From Candidatus Latescibacterota bacterium (GTDB lineage: Bacteria; Latescibacterota; UBA2968; GCA-2709665): a stretch of DNA of 64,000 bases. The notes beneath the pieces were generated by a model. The model was not told the origin of the DNA, did not search any database, and was given only the letters and a program-made list of their open reading frames with translations. Location of the stretch: assembly GCA_965248435.1 (NCBI GenBank), contig OZ252100.1, forward strand, positions 896,001-960,000. The letters run 5' to 3'. This document shows positions 1-10,797 of this stretch, in pieces; positions within the stretch are counted from its first letter, which is position 1, and every line of letters begins with the position of its first letter. The translations under genes were made by a program, and so were the position numbers.

Positions 1-2283
1 ATGGCTCTGTGCCTGGCCGAAGGCCACCGACCCCATGGCCCTCCGCCCCGCTGCGAGGTTCAATTCGGAGAAACGCAATCTATCGGACTCGGAGTCGACG
101 AGCCCACATCCATAGTTCAGATGGTGGATAAACTCAGGGACTCGCTCATCTACCTCGTCTCGTTCTTCCGCCTCCGTCAGCATCAAGCGGCCGAGCCTAA
201 GGCGAGTCGAAGCTCGTTCGTTGTCCGAAAGGCGGTCCTCGACGGCCTCCTGTACGCGATCGTGGACAAAGCGATAGGTCGATATCGACTCGGTTTCATC
301 GGGTCGCGAATGAACGATGAGACCACGAAGGGTTGGCTCTTCGAGCTCTTGTTCTACCTGCTGTTCGGTCTTGTTCTGGACAGCAGCGACCGTTTGCAAA
401 TCGAACCGGCCGCCCACGCAGCAAGCGATCTCGAGGGAACGCAGTGCCTGCACGTTCAGCTTTTCGATGTATTGTGCAAGAAACTCTGCGACGTTGTCAC
501 TCACTTCAGCCTGACTCATCGAATCCAGATCGCAACGCCACTGATCTTCTTCCTGATCGAAGACCAAATTGTGATCCTCGTGAAGGGAACGTAGAAGCGC
601 TCGCGCGTGGAACGGATTACCACCCGATGTTTCGTAGATAAGGTTCGCGACTCTGTGGACTCGGGACGCTTCGCTCTGGAGCGTGTCAGCGATGAGGCTT
701 GAGACGTGCCCGATGTCGAGAGGCTCCAGCTGTATGCGATTGAGTTCAGCATCGGCCGCTTCGATAGCCGCGATGGTAGTGGTCACGGGGTGATCCTCGG
801 ATACTTCGTTGTCCCGATACGCGCCGATGATCAAAAGGTGCGACGGGTCACCTTCGATCAGCAGCGACCTGACCAGATCCAGAGAAGAGGAGTCCGCCCA
901 TTGCAGATCGTCGAGGAAAACAACGAGAGGAAGGCGATCGGAAGTCAACACGCTGATAAACGACTGAAAAAGATGCTGGAAGCGATTCCTGGCCAGGTCA
1001 GGAGGCAGATCGGGCGGGTCCGGCTGCGGACCGATGATCAATTCCAGGTCCGGTACGAGGTCGATCACGATCTGGCCGTTCGATCCGAACACCTGGTGAA
1101 GCCGGTGGCGCCACCGAGCGATCTCGTCGTCCCCTCCAGTCAGGATCCTCCGAACCGACTCCTGAAGCGCCTGAGCCAGCGCCGTATAGGGCACGTCACG
1201 GGTCAGCGGACTGAATCTTCCCGCCACGAACTGTCCATTCGCCAGCGTGACCGGTTTTCGGATCGTCTCGACCAGCGCGGTCTTTCCGACGCCCGAATAG
1301 CCGGCGACGAGTTGAAGCACTGCTGCCCCGGAGCAGACCCGATCCAGGGTCTCCTGCATCGATTCGACACCCTGCGCTCTGCCGTAAAGCTTCTCTGATA
1401 TCTGAAGAAACTCGGGACGGTCATTCAGTCCGATGTCGAAACCTTCAACACAACCTTCTGATTCCAGCTGCTCCAGACAGCGTTCCAGATCGGCTTTGAG
1501 ACCCCGAACACTCTGGTAGCGCGACTCCGGCTCTTTCTCCAGCAGCCTCATCACGATCTCTGAGAGCACTCTCGGGATTCTTTGATCTCCTTCATCGAAC
1601 GGCTGAGGTGTTCTGGCCAGGTGTGCGTGTATGAGTTCGGCGGGATCCTTCGCTTCGAAGGGCGGACGACCGGTCAACATCTCATAGAAGAGGATGCCCA
1701 TCGTATAGAGATCAGAACGAAGGTCCGGCAGCCGATCCACCCGGCCGGTCTGTTCGGGTGAAAGGTATGTCGGGTCCCTTTCGATAGTCGGCAGCTCGAT
1801 CGTCGAACCCGAATCGCGTTCGATCATCGACGCATACTCGAACCCGCAAAGCGACACTTGCTGAGATGATTCATCCCAGAAGACGGTCGTCGGGTTGATG
1901 CCCCCGTGAACGATCTGTTGTTCGTGGACTGCGGCGACGATCTCGGACAGCCGTTCTGCGATCTTGAGGAAATCGGGCAGGGAGATCGGATCATCATCGA
2001 TTCTCTTCCTGACAGGTAACCCTGCGATCCGCTCTGTGACGAGATGGATCGATTCGGGACGCTCCAGTAAGTCGATGAAACCCGGAATGCCCTTCACATT
2101 CAGCCGTCTCAACAGTTCTGCCTCTGCTCGGAGCCCATTGCCTTCGCTCTCCGAGAGCCGGCGTTTCGGGGAAACCTTGATCGCTACCGGGTGACCGTCT
2201 TGATCACGCTTCGCACTGTAGAGCGCCCAGAAACCGAGAGCGCACAGCTGATCTGTGACCTGATATCCAGGAACGGACGGCAT
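1..2283 (-). CDS. Ser/Thr kinase-like domain + AAA ATPase multidomain sensor (3' end runs off window)
   Basis: Manual translation from ATG 2283: MPSVPGYQV..VAIK..HGGINP..YLSPEQTGR..RSDLYTMGILFYEMLTGRPPF..RYQS..GYSGVGKT (Walker A). Absent from the ORF track because there is no stop in the window. Confidence 0.85.
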   Translation of the reverse strand, partial: MPSVPGYQVTDQLCALGFWALYSAKRDQDGHPVAIKVSPKRRLSESEGNGLRAEAELLRRLNVKGIPGFIDLLERPESIHLVTERIAGLPVRKRIDDDPISLPDFLKIAERLSEIVAAVHEQQIVHGGINPTTVFWDESSQQVSLCGFEYASMIERDSGSTIELPTIERDPTYLSPEQTGRVDRLPDLRSDLYTMGILFYEMLTGRPPFEAKDPAELIHAHLARTPQPFDEGDQRIPRVLSEIVMRLLEKEPESRYQSVRGLKADLERCLEQLESEGCVEGFDIGLNDRPEFLQISEKLYGRAQGVESMQETLDRVCSGAAVLQLVAGYSGVGKTALVETIRKPVTLANGQFVAGRFSPLTRDVPYTALAQALQESVRRILTGGDDEIARWRHRLHQVFGSNGQIVIDLVPDLELIIGPQPDPPDLPPDLARNRFQHLFQSFISVLTSDRLPLVVFLDDLQWADSSSLDLVRSLLIEGDPSHLLIIGAYRDNEVSEDHPVTTTIAAIEAADAELNRIQLEPLDIGHVSSLIADTLQSEASRVHRVANLIYETSGGNPFHARALLRSLHEDHNLVFDQEEDQWRCDLDSMSQAEVSDNVAEFLAQYIEKLNVQALRSLEIACCVGGRFDLQTVAAVQNKTEQQVEQELEEPTLRGLIVHSRPDETESISTYRFVHDRVQEAVEDRLSDNERASTRLRLGRLMLTEAEERDEVDERVPEFIHHLNYGCGLVDSESDRLRFSELNLAAGRRAMGSVAFGQAQSH

Positions 2284-2490
2284 GATTTCCTTCTCGAGTC
2301 GGCGTCGCCTACGATAAGACCACGTGAGACCACCTGCGATAGACAGGACGAAATTCTGTCTACCCTAAGAAGACAAAAAGATAATTTTTTCCTTTGCACA
2401 AAGCAACTTCGGTCCTTTCTGCTCTTTGAAACAGAAAAGGTCCGGATCTCGGCCGAGACCCGGACCTGAATCCAATCTGTAGAGCCCTAC

Positions 2491-3061
2491 TCACGACCAT
2501 AGCGAAAACCGGCCCAGCAGCTCCCTATAGGGACTCTGCGCCGCCGCGGAGTTAAAGTAGACCTTCCGCGTATAGTCGAGCGCCCCTGAAATTCGTTCGA
2601 ACTCCGAGGCCATAGTCTCGAACCTCCACGCGCCTGGCAGGGCAAGCATCCGATCCAGCCTCGCCGTATCGCGATAGGCCTTCTCACCTTCCCGGAGATA
2701 GAAACCCAGAAAGCCGTGTCGCTCGACATACCCCCTGAACATGCCGCTCATGAATAATGTATAGTCTCCGACGTGCTGACGAACCTCCCGCTCCTGCTCG
2801 ACGAGATTTCCGGAGCGGCCGAACGCCTCGATCAACAGTTCGACCACCGTCTCGAGGCGTCTCCCGTGAGGTTCCTGGGATGCGGTAGAGGGCATCCGTG
2901 CGCGCGAACCTCACCAGCAGGTCTACCACGTAGTTCACGACTTCCCGGACCCAGACCCACAGCTCGCTGAAGCTCCTGTAAACCAGGCGCTCGAAGAAAA
3001 GGGAAAGCCCTGAGTTCGAGACGGGTTTGAGCCCAACGCTTGATCGGATCCTTTCGGTCAA
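2491..3061 (-). pseudogene. Conserved hypothetical protein split by a frameshift near 2880
   Basis: ORF 2684..3061 (..YVVDLLVRFARTDALYRI) continues in another frame in ORF 2491..2895 (GRRLETVVELL..RQHVGDYTLFMSGMF). Confidence 0.6.
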
Positions 3062-3481
3062 AACGGCGCGTCCTCGTTATGGGTTCCAGCGGGGATGTCG
3101 GTTGCGACTGAATCTCGGTTGTGAAGCATTTTGAAATCTCCCCTCAATCCCCATTTTAGAAAGGTTCATCACCGATTTCCGTGGAAGGCGTGGCGCATCT
3201 CGAGACGATGTTCTCTGACTCCAAAGCCGTTTGCTCCGCTCTGCAATGACGATGTCTCCGGGGCTGCACAATCCGTCCCCTCCTGGGTCGGGGTGGGTCT
3301 CAATAGGGTTTCTGCCCATCAGACCCACCCCTAAATCCCCCCCAAGGAGGGCACTCTAACAATCGCACCAGACGCTTTCCGAGGTGCCCCGCAGGGGCGG
3401 GGTGGGTTATATCGCGAGAACCAGAAACAAGACCATGCCTCCGGCGGCCTACTTTTCTTGTCTCGCCACAAGAAAAGTAGG

Positions 3482-3675
3482 CAAAAGAAGGGCCCCCCTC
3501 AAACGCCGGGGGGCTCGGGCCGCGGCACCTTACGCTCAGTGGAAAAAACAATCATGGCAGGAGGGCCAAATCTTCACCACGCGCTCGCGATCACTGAGAA
3601 ACCAAACCGCTGGGAGGAGAAATCCACTCGTTGCACGGTAAGTCGCACACCGCGGCCCTGATGGCATCGAGCGAT
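3482..3675 (+). repeat. ~200-bp dispersed intergenic repeat (MITE-like), copy 1
   Basis: CAAAAGAAGGGC..GGCCGCGGCACCT..CTCAGTGGAAA..AGTCGCACACCGCGGCCC..GATGGC.TCGAGCGATC is shared with 17452-17662 on the minus strand. Confidence 0.75.
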
Positions 3676-3865
3676 CCATCTCCTGAGTTACAGGGACGCT
3701 GGCTAGCTGGCGAGTTCTACAAATAGAGCTTGATGGCCTAACCCCAACATTCGGCGAAGAACCTTAGGAGAAGGGTGGCAGGGGGGATTTGTTTCAATGT
3801 CAACTACCGACCTCAAATCACCCACTGCGATCACGGCATTTACTCGAAGGATACATGCTTGATAT

Positions 3866-5266
3866 TCACTTTTTCCCGAACGGCGTCCCACCCTCCCATT
3901 CCCAATCCCCTCGTTCCGGTTTCTCCTCGATCTGTTCTTCCCGTCCTTTGTTTGGTCCTCGCCGTAAAAAGAGATAAACCGGGAGCCCGGCAAGCATGAT
4001 CACTACGCCCAGGGATGCCTCCAGCGGACTGTAGATCAGGGTGTTGTAGAACAGCCAGAGGCTCACCACGACAAAGACGCACGGAAGCGGAGCCCAGACT
4101 CGATATGGCCGGTCCATCTCGGGGCGTTTCTGCCTCAGCACGAACACGGCGAGTCCGACCAGGCCGGAGAAGAGCCAGGTGACAGCGCTTGTATACGAAA
4201 CCAACTGATCGAACGTGCCTGACGCGACCAGCGCGCTCGCCCACAGTCCGTTCAAGATCAATCCGACCGCAGGCGTCCGGTATTGGCGGTGAACATCGGC
4301 CATTCTGCCAAGTCGTTCGTGATCGCTCCCAAAAGCCAATGAAATCCGTCCTCCCGTGAGCACCAGGCCGTTCACGGCCCCCAGCGCAAACAACATAATC
4401 GTGGCTGCGATCACCGTGCCTCCAACGTGGCCGAACAGATTCTCCGCAAACAGGGAAGCCACCATCTCGGAACCGGCCATCTGCGAAATCGGAACGCGAT
4501 AGAGGTAGACCGCGTTAATCAACACGTAGAGCAGAATCGTCAATGCGATGCCAAGGGCGATGGAAGAAGGCAGGTCTTTCGCCGGCCGGTGCATCTCTCC
4601 GGCCATGTAAGTACTCTCGTTCCATCCTCCGTATGTCCACATCACAAAGATCAGCGCCATTCCGAAGGCCCCCAGAAGCGGAACGGTCGCCTGGCTTTCT
4701 GTCGGAGCCAGTTCAAGCGAACCCTCACCCCAGAAGAGACCCGCACCGATCAGAAACAGAATCCCGGCGATTTTTCCGAGGACGAGGAGATTCTGGGCCA
4801 GCTTTCCATACCTGAGTCCAAAGACGTTCAGGGCGGTGAGGAGCAGAATGACACTCACGGCGACGGCCCTGACGCCCCAGGCCTGCAGCGGAAGGAAATA
4901 AGCCGCGTAGCCGGCAAAGATGAACGCGACGCCTGCGATCGATCCGGGCCGGATCACAAGCAGCTTGGTCCACCCGAACAGGAAACCGACGCAGGGACCG
5001 TAGGCCTCCCGCAGATAGACGTAATCTCCGCCGGTTTTCGGGAGCGAAGCGGACAGCTCCGCGTAGCAGAGGCCGCCACAGAGGGCGAGCAGTCCACCCA
5101 CGACCCAGGCGGCGAGGATCGCGGAGGGGGAGTGTAGATACCCGGCGATCGAGCCCGGCACCCGGAAGATCCCGACACCGATGATGACGCCCACCATAAT
5201 CGCGATGCTGTCGACGACGCCCAGTTGGGGAATCAGGCCGCTGCCCTTGTTATCGCTCTGCGTCAT
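3866..5266 (-). CDS. APC family amino acid permease
   Basis: IGVGIF, YAELSASLPKTGGDYVYLREAYG, YGGWN, RPYRVW; about 12 hydrophobic segments; start placed at MTQSD. Confidence 0.92.
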   Translation of the reverse strand: MTQSDNKGSGLIPQLGVVDSIAIMVGVIIGVGIFRVPGSIAGYLHSPSAILAAWVVGGLLALCGGLCYAELSASLPKTGGDYVYLREAYGPCVGFLFGWTKLLVIRPGSIAGVAFIFAGYAAYFLPLQAWGVRAVAVSVILLLTALNVFGLRYGKLAQNLLVLGKIAGILFLIGAGLFWGEGSLELAPTESQATVPLLGAFGMALIFVMWTYGGWNESTYMAGEMHRPAKDLPSSIALGIALTILLYVLINAVYLYRVPISQMAGSEMVASLFAENLFGHVGGTVIAATIMLFALGAVNGLVLTGGRISLAFGSDHERLGRMADVHRQYRTPAVGLILNGLWASALVASGTFDQLVSYTSAVTWLFSGLVGLAVFVLRQKRPEMDRPYRVWAPLPCVFVVVSLWLFYNTLIYSPLEASLGVVIMLAGLPVYLFLRRGPNKGREEQIEEKPERGDWEWEGGTPFGKK

Positions 5267-5289
5267 AACTTTTCGCTCTATGAAACTCA

Positions 5290-5486
5290 AAGGGGCACGG
5301 CACGCCGTGCCCCTACGGGTTTCAAATCCTCTATCCAACGGGCGAGTCCGCCGAGGGCGGACTTCGTGATTCTCCAGCGCGGGAATTTATTCCCGTGCTG
5401 ACGGGCGTGGCGGTCACGCTGTTTATATGCGTGATCGATCACGCGACCAATGAAATTCATCGGGCGAACACAAGGTTCGCCCCTAC
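5290..5486. repeat. GTAG-type REP palindromes (also 8404-8429, 17665-17689, 17706-17731)
   Basis: GGGGCACGGCACGCCGTGCCCCTAC and CGGGCGAACACAAGGTTCGCCCCTAC hairpins ending in CTAC; the latter recurs exactly at 8404. Confidence 0.75.
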
Positions 5487-5620
5487 AGGACGAACCACGA
5501 ACGACGAGCGACGGTTTTGCGGTACCCCGTCCCCGTGTTTTGATTTCTCGGGGCGACGCAGGCGTCGCCCCCAAACCGTCAGGTCTCTGTAACCTATCTA
5601 CCTATCCCGGTACCCGTTTA

Positions 5621-6925
5621 TTACTCTCCTCTGTAGGCCTCCGCAAGAAGCGATATCGGGTGCTTCACTTCCACGCCGACCCCGCACCGTTTCGCCCCGT
5701 GGACGAGCTGAATGATGCAGCCCGGGTTCGCAGCAACCACGACGTCGGCCCCCGTCTTCTGGATGTTGTTCATCTTTCTCTCCTGGAGCTGCATCGACAT
5801 CTCCGGCTGTGTGATGTTGTAGACGCCAGCGCTGCCGCAGCACCAGTCCGCTTCGTGCAGTTCCACACGATCTACGCCCGGGATCGCATCGAGCACCTGC
5901 CGGGGCGCCGTCGTGATCTTCTGTCCGTGTGCAAGGTGGCAGGAATCGTGGTAAGCGACGGTCTTGTGAATGCCTTCCCCTTCAGGTGTCCGGTGGCCGA
6001 TCGCGATCAGGAATTCGTGAATATCCTTGACCTTATCGCTCCAGATCCTCGCCCGCTCCGCATACTCAGGATCATCACCCAGCAGCCGATCGTAATGTTT
6101 CATATGCGACCCGCACCCACCCGAATTCGTGATCACGGCATCCAGTTCGTCCAAACAGAAGGCGTCGAGGTTCTTCCTGGCGAGGGCGCGGGCGTGCTCC
6201 GGTTCGCCGTTGTGTCCGAACAGCGACCCACAGCACTCCTGGCCTTCGGGCAGAACCACCTCGCATCCGTTTTTCTGCAGTACATAGATCGTATCTGCGT
6301 TCACGTCCGGAAACGCAAGGTCCTGGATGCATCCAGCGAGCAGGCCAACACGGTATCTGGCACCGACGGGATTCTGAGTTGCATACTCGTCTCGAAACAA
6401 GGACTCGGTAGTCTGGTCCTGCACCACCGGCGTGAGAGGCTCCAATTCCCCGAGCGAGCCGGGCAGCCATTTCAGGATCCCGCTCTCTCGCACCCAGCGT
6501 TGAAGACCGCTCCGCTGATAGAAACGGAGCAGACCGCCGAGTCGTTGGAGTCGCTTGCGAGACGAGAACAGCCACTTTAGCGCGATCCAGCGAACTGCTG
6601 AGCGCAGGGGCGTTTTCAGCACACCGGTCCGCTCGATTTCCGCTCGCGCGTGCTCGAACAGATTGGTGTAATCTACGCCCGCAGGACAAGCCGTCTGACA
6701 GGCCAGGCAGCCCAGGCAAAAATAGAGCTCCTCGGCAAATGTGCGAGAGACCTCCAGGCGGTCATCCGCAATCGCCCGCATCATCGCGATTCTCCCCCGG
6801 GGAGAGGACCGCTCCATCAGGGTCGCTTCGTAGGTCGGACAGGAGGATAGACAGATCCCGCAGTGGATACATTTTTGCAGGACCGAGTAGTCAAGACCGG
6901 CGAGCAGGTTCTCGGGTTCAGTCAA
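5621..6925 (-). CDS. glcF: Glycolate oxidase Fe-S subunit-like protein
   Basis: CIHCGICLSSCP, CLGCLACQTACP, two CCG domains (ECCGS, WCCGSAG), YHDSCHL. Confidence 0.9.
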   Translation of the reverse strand: MTEPENLLAGLDYSVLQKCIHCGICLSSCPTYEATLMERSSPRGRIAMMRAIADDRLEVSRTFAEELYFCLGCLACQTACPAGVDYTNLFEHARAEIERTGVLKTPLRSAVRWIALKWLFSSRKRLQRLGGLLRFYQRSGLQRWVRESGILKWLPGSLGELEPLTPVVQDQTTESLFRDEYATQNPVGARYRVGLLAGCIQDLAFPDVNADTIYVLQKNGCEVVLPEGQECCGSLFGHNGEPEHARALARKNLDAFCLDELDAVITNSGGCGSHMKHYDRLLGDDPEYAERARIWSDKVKDIHEFLIAIGHRTPEGEGIHKTVAYHDSCHLAHGQKITTAPRQVLDAIPGVDRVELHEADWCCGSAGVYNITQPEMSMQLQERKMNNIQKTGADVVVAANPGCIIQLVHGAKRCGVGVEVKHPISLLAEAYRGE

Positions 6926-8298
6926 TCGAAGATCTTTCCGGGGTTCAGGATGGTGTTGGGGTCGAAGCTCCCCTTCACGCGCCGCATCACATCCAGCGCC
7001 ACCGGCCCTACCATAGACTCGAGATAGGGCTTCTTTACCAGGCCGACCCCGTGTTCCCCGGTGACGGTTCCCCCAAGCTTTACCGCAAACTCCACGATCT
7101 CCTTTATCGCACGCTCAACGTGCTCCATTTCGCCTTCCTTGCGTTCGTCTACCATAAAGGTCGGATGCAGATTGCCGTCTCCCATGTGGCCGAGCGTGCC
7201 GATCCTGATCTGATACCGCTCCGCTACCTCCTGAATGTAGGCCACCATCCGGGCAAGTTCGCTGCGCGGCACCGTTGCGTCCTCCAGGATGATCGTCGGC
7301 GCCAGGTGGGCGAGCGCACCGAAGGCCGCACGCCTGGCCGCGATCATCTCCGCGGCCTCCTCTTCGGAGGCTGCGTGGCGCACCTCGCGCGCACCGTGAT
7401 CTAGCGCGATCCTCCCCGTCCGCTCGGCCTGCTCCTCGACCTGCGCCGGGTGCCCATCCACCTCTATCAATAAGACTGCCTCCGCATCACGGGGCAGTCC
7501 GATCTGGGCGTGGTCCTCCAGGCAGCCAATGGTTATCCGGTCCATGAATTCGAGCGTGCAGGGAATGATCTTCTCACGAATGATCGCAGAAGTCGTCTCC
7601 GCGGCGTCCGTCATCCGATCGAAAAGAGCCAGAAGGGTCTTTTTGGATTCGGGAGTGGGGATCAGTTTGAGGGTGATCTTCGTAATCACGCCGAGCGATC
7701 CTTCGGACCCGACGAAGAGATCTTTCAGCGTGAATCCCGCGACATCCTTCACGCACTTCGTTCCGGTGTTGAGGATTTGGCCGTCGGCCAGGACCACCTC
7801 CAATGCCATCACATAATCCCGAGTCACGCCGTACTTCAATCCCCTCAGCCCTCCTGAGTTGTTGGCCACATTCCCACCGATGGTCGAGATCTTCACGGAA
7901 CCCGGATCGGGCGGATAGAACAGCCCCGAGGCAGCAGCCGTTTCAAAGATCTTTTGGGTAATGACGCCGGGCTCCGCCGTGATCGTCAGGTTCTTCACAT
8001 CGAGTTCCAGAATCTTGTTCATCCGCACAAGGCAGAGCACGATACATCCAGGCACGGGTAACGATCCCCCACCCAGTCCCGTCCCCGAACCTCGCGTCAC
8101 GACGGGGATCCGGTCTCGATTCGCGATCTGGAGGACACGAGACACCTCGCTCGTCGTCTCGGCCATAAGAACGCAGCCGGGCATCTCGTGAAGGACGGCC
8201 GTGGCATCGAAGGCATAGACGCTCAGATCCTCGGGATCCGTGAGGATCTGATCCGGCTTCAAGAAATCGCGAAGCTCCTTGATGACGGACTCAATCAT
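6922..8298 (-). CDS. glcD: FAD-linked glycolate/D-lactate oxidase subunit
   Basis: RGSGTGLGGG, YPPDPGS, STIGGNVA, GHMGDGNLHP, GEHGVG, LNPGKIF; overlaps glcF by 4 nt. Confidence 0.92.
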   Translation of the reverse strand: MIESVIKELRDFLKPDQILTDPEDLSVYAFDATAVLHEMPGCVLMAETTSEVSRVLQIANRDRIPVVTRGSGTGLGGGSLPVPGCIVLCLVRMNKILELDVKNLTITAEPGVITQKIFETAAASGLFYPPDPGSVKISTIGGNVANNSGGLRGLKYGVTRDYVMALEVVLADGQILNTGTKCVKDVAGFTLKDLFVGSEGSLGVITKITLKLIPTPESKKTLLALFDRMTDAAETTSAIIREKIIPCTLEFMDRITIGCLEDHAQIGLPRDAEAVLLIEVDGHPAQVEEQAERTGRIALDHGAREVRHAASEEEAAEMIAARRAAFGALAHLAPTIILEDATVPRSELARMVAYIQEVAERYQIRIGTLGHMGDGNLHPTFMVDERKEGEMEHVERAIKEIVEFAVKLGGTVTGEHGVGLVKKPYLESMVGPVALDVMRRVKGSFDPNTILNPGKIFD

Positions 8299-8526
8299 TT
8301 GGACGGCAACGCTCCGGCCATTACAAATAGTGTATGGCTATATTTGCTCGGCGATTTAACCTACGGTCATGGATAGGATGTGAGGTTCGGCTTTTCACTG
8401 GATCGGGCGAACACAAGGTTCGCCCCTACCGGGCCCATAACCAGCCACGATACTCGAATCCCTCTACCCGGTCTTTTCCGTTACAGAAGTACCAATCAAT
8501 AGATCCGGTCCCCGGTACCCGTTCTT

Positions 8527-8952
8527 TCAGAGGTACTCATCAATGGGCGCACCCATGAACAGCCACCAGCAGTCTTCGTCCGAGTGATTGTAAACCGAAC
8601 GGTAGACTTCTGCCGGGATGCGAAACGCATCGCGCGCTTCCGCGTCCACTACTTGATCACCGATGCGGATCTTGGCGCGGCCGCGCATCAGCACATAGAT
8701 CTCTTCAGCCTGCTTGTGGCGGTGATGTGCTACGGACTGGCCCGGCTTCAGGTGGCCGATGGAGAAGGCCAGGTGCTCGCAACCCAGCGGGGCGCTGTAG
8801 GCCCGTATCGAGAGGTTTTCTCGCTTCGGCCAGGGATGGTCCTCGGGCAAGGGCCCGCAGGGGTAGTCTTCGAGCTTGTCCCAGCTCACCGTGGTGTATT
8901 CAGACGGGTTGTCCACGAATCCTCCTTTGAATGAATCAACCACTTCTACCAT
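8527..8952 (-). CDS. Cupin domain protein
   Basis: LKPGQSVAHHRHKQAEEIYVLMRG cupin motif. Confidence 0.85.
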   Translation of the reverse strand: MVEVVDSFKGGFVDNPSEYTTVSWDKLEDYPCGPLPEDHPWPKRENLSIRAYSAPLGCEHLAFSIGHLKPGQSVAHHRHKQAEEIYVLMRGRAKIRIGDQVVDAEARDAFRIPAEVYRSVYNHSDEDCWWLFMGAPIDEYL

Positions 8953-8999
8953 TAATTCATAATCGATTCGCCCGCCGCTTCAACTATTCGGTTCCTCGA

Positions 9000-9330
9000 T
9001 TCTGGAGTATTGCAGTACTGGAGTATTGGAGAATCTTACCTTCCTATTTCTCCATTACTCGATTCGTCTGTTACTCCAGCTTTCCAGCCCTCCGATCCTG
9101 GAGTACTGCTGTACTGGAGTAATGGGGTATGGAAAAACCTGCCTTCCCATTACTCCAACACTCCATTCCTCCAGCACCCGCGCCTTTGTTCTTTGTCCTC
9201 CATTACTCCATTCCCCCAACACTGACGCCTTTGTTCTTTGTCCTCCATTACTCCATTCCCCCAACACTGGCGCCTCTGTTCTTTGTTCTCCATTACTCCA
9301 ATACCCCATGACTCCATTCCCCCAGCACTC
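9000..9330. repeat. CCATTACTCCA short-repeat tract including a 45-bp tandem unit (~2.7 copies, 9181-9300)
   Basis: CGCCTTTGTTCTTTGTCCTCCATTACTCCATTCCCCCAACACT repeated; same motif family at 41410-41570. Confidence 0.85.
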
Positions 9331-9346
9331 GCGATTCTGTTCCTCA

Positions 9347-10672
9347 TTATTGTATTCCCCAAACCGATGAAGGCCGCTTCGGGAAGAGCGCGTCAACAAG
9401 CTCTCGCGTTTCGTCCGAGCCTATGGTTATGTCCGGAAACGCATACTCGATGTCGTCCAGGGACCGAAATCCAAACAGCAGCTGAATAAAGGTCAGCCCG
9501 GGAAAAGTTACGTCCGGGACGTCGGGCCTCGGATCGTGGTTCTGCGGGGGTGTCCAGTCCTCGACCTTCGCCAGCCTCCCGTGCTCAAGAACGATCCGCA
9601 TCCCGCTCGTGCCGAAGCTGAGGAGAAGCTCGCCGGCCCATCCTTCAAGATGAGCCGCTAACCTCTGTTCCAGGGCCGGCGTCACGTGTCGGACGAATTT
9701 GGGAACGTCGGCGACACGGACGTACCAGGCGAACGGACGAATCTGTCGGGGCAGCTGGTCTTTCACGGCTTCATAGGCGGGATGCTCCGTTCCCAGCATC
9801 AAGGAGACCACGCCCGACCATGCTTCAGAACCCGCGACCTGCTCTCCCGCCGAGCGAAGATAACGCAGAACACCGGGCATCACGGAAGGCCACGGCACGT
9901 CCCTGGACAGTTCGAAGGCCCTCACCTTCATCTCCCCGCCGATCAGCCCGGGCCAGTGCAACAATAGACCGACCGCTTCGCCCTCGGGCGATAGGATGAT
10001 TCGGAACGCCACCCTGTGGTGCTCCCGATCACTGCGTCCGTCCAGCTCGTAGCGCCACATCGTCTCGTCACGCGCGCAGGAAACCAGGTAGCGTTCCATC
10101 CCCTGGCTGTAAACCTCCGACACGTAGGGAAGATCCTCACGCGTCCCCGGACGCAGTTGAACAGGCTCTGCATCTGCCGCTGTCGAATCAGGCTCGTCAC
10201 CCTTGCCTCCAGCCCGTCCTCCGAGCCACTCGACGGCCGTCTCGTAGCCGAACTGTCGATAGAACGGAAACCCCCCTCCCACGGCCTGCACCATCTCACC
10301 GCGCCCCCCACTCCACCCGTGCGCCAACTCCATCTGAGCCCGGACGAGTCCTCGACCTCGGTATTCGGGATGCGTAACAACGAGATCGATGGACCCGACG
10401 TCGAAATCGATGCCATCGAAGGACCAGGTCTGAGATATCAGGGCCAAAGATGAGATGATGGTTGAGGAAGACCTGTCCTCCACGATCGTGAAATCCTCGG
10501 GACTGAAGCACGGATGGCGACCGCTGATCAGGTCCGTCGTCCAGGCACGGATACCCGCGGCACGTTCTTCGTCACCCACGTCACTCAGCACAGACGCATT
10601 CAGCTCGGCCAGCGCTTCGGCGTCTTCAGCCCTCGCTTGCCTTAGAACCAGCCCGCTTCCTATATCTTTCAT
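9347..10672 (-). CDS. GNAT family N-acetyltransferase (Eis-like architecture)
   Basis: VVTHPEYRGRGLVRAQM, FYRQFGYE; start placed at MKDIG. Confidence 0.85.
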   Translation of the reverse strand: MKDIGSGLVLRQARAEDAEALAELNASVLSDVGDEERAAGIRAWTTDLISGRHPCFSPEDFTIVEDRSSSTIISSLALISQTWSFDGIDFDVGSIDLVVTHPEYRGRGLVRAQMELAHGWSGGRGEMVQAVGGGFPFYRQFGYETAVEWLGGRAGGKGDEPDSTAADAEPVQLRPGTREDLPYVSEVYSQGMERYLVSCARDETMWRYELDGRSDREHHRVAFRIILSPEGEAVGLLLHWPGLIGGEMKVRAFELSRDVPWPSVMPGVLRYLRSAGEQVAGSEAWSGVVSLMLGTEHPAYEAVKDQLPRQIRPFAWYVRVADVPKFVRHVTPALEQRLAAHLEGWAGELLLSFGTSGMRIVLEHGRLAKVEDWTPPQNHDPRPDVPDVTFPGLTFIQLLFGFRSLDDIEYAFPDITIGSDETRELVDALFPKRPSSVWGIQ

Positions 10673-10797
10673 GGGTTCATTTCGTCTCAGACACAAAAAA
10701 TGGACCTGGAGTCGAAACCAATATAAAACCCCAAGTCCATTCGTCAAACAAAGGAAGTGATGATTGCGAATTATTCAGGCAGCCAGATTACGTCCCC

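Noticed and set aside
1-1398. Plus-strand ORFs 1..594 and 706..1398
   Set aside because: Antisense shadows of the minus-strand kinase-like/AAA gene.
9000-9330. Possible CRISPR array
   Set aside because: The 45-bp units are tandem with near-identical intervening sequence, there are no unique spacers, and no cas genes are present. ORFs over the tract are repeat artefacts.
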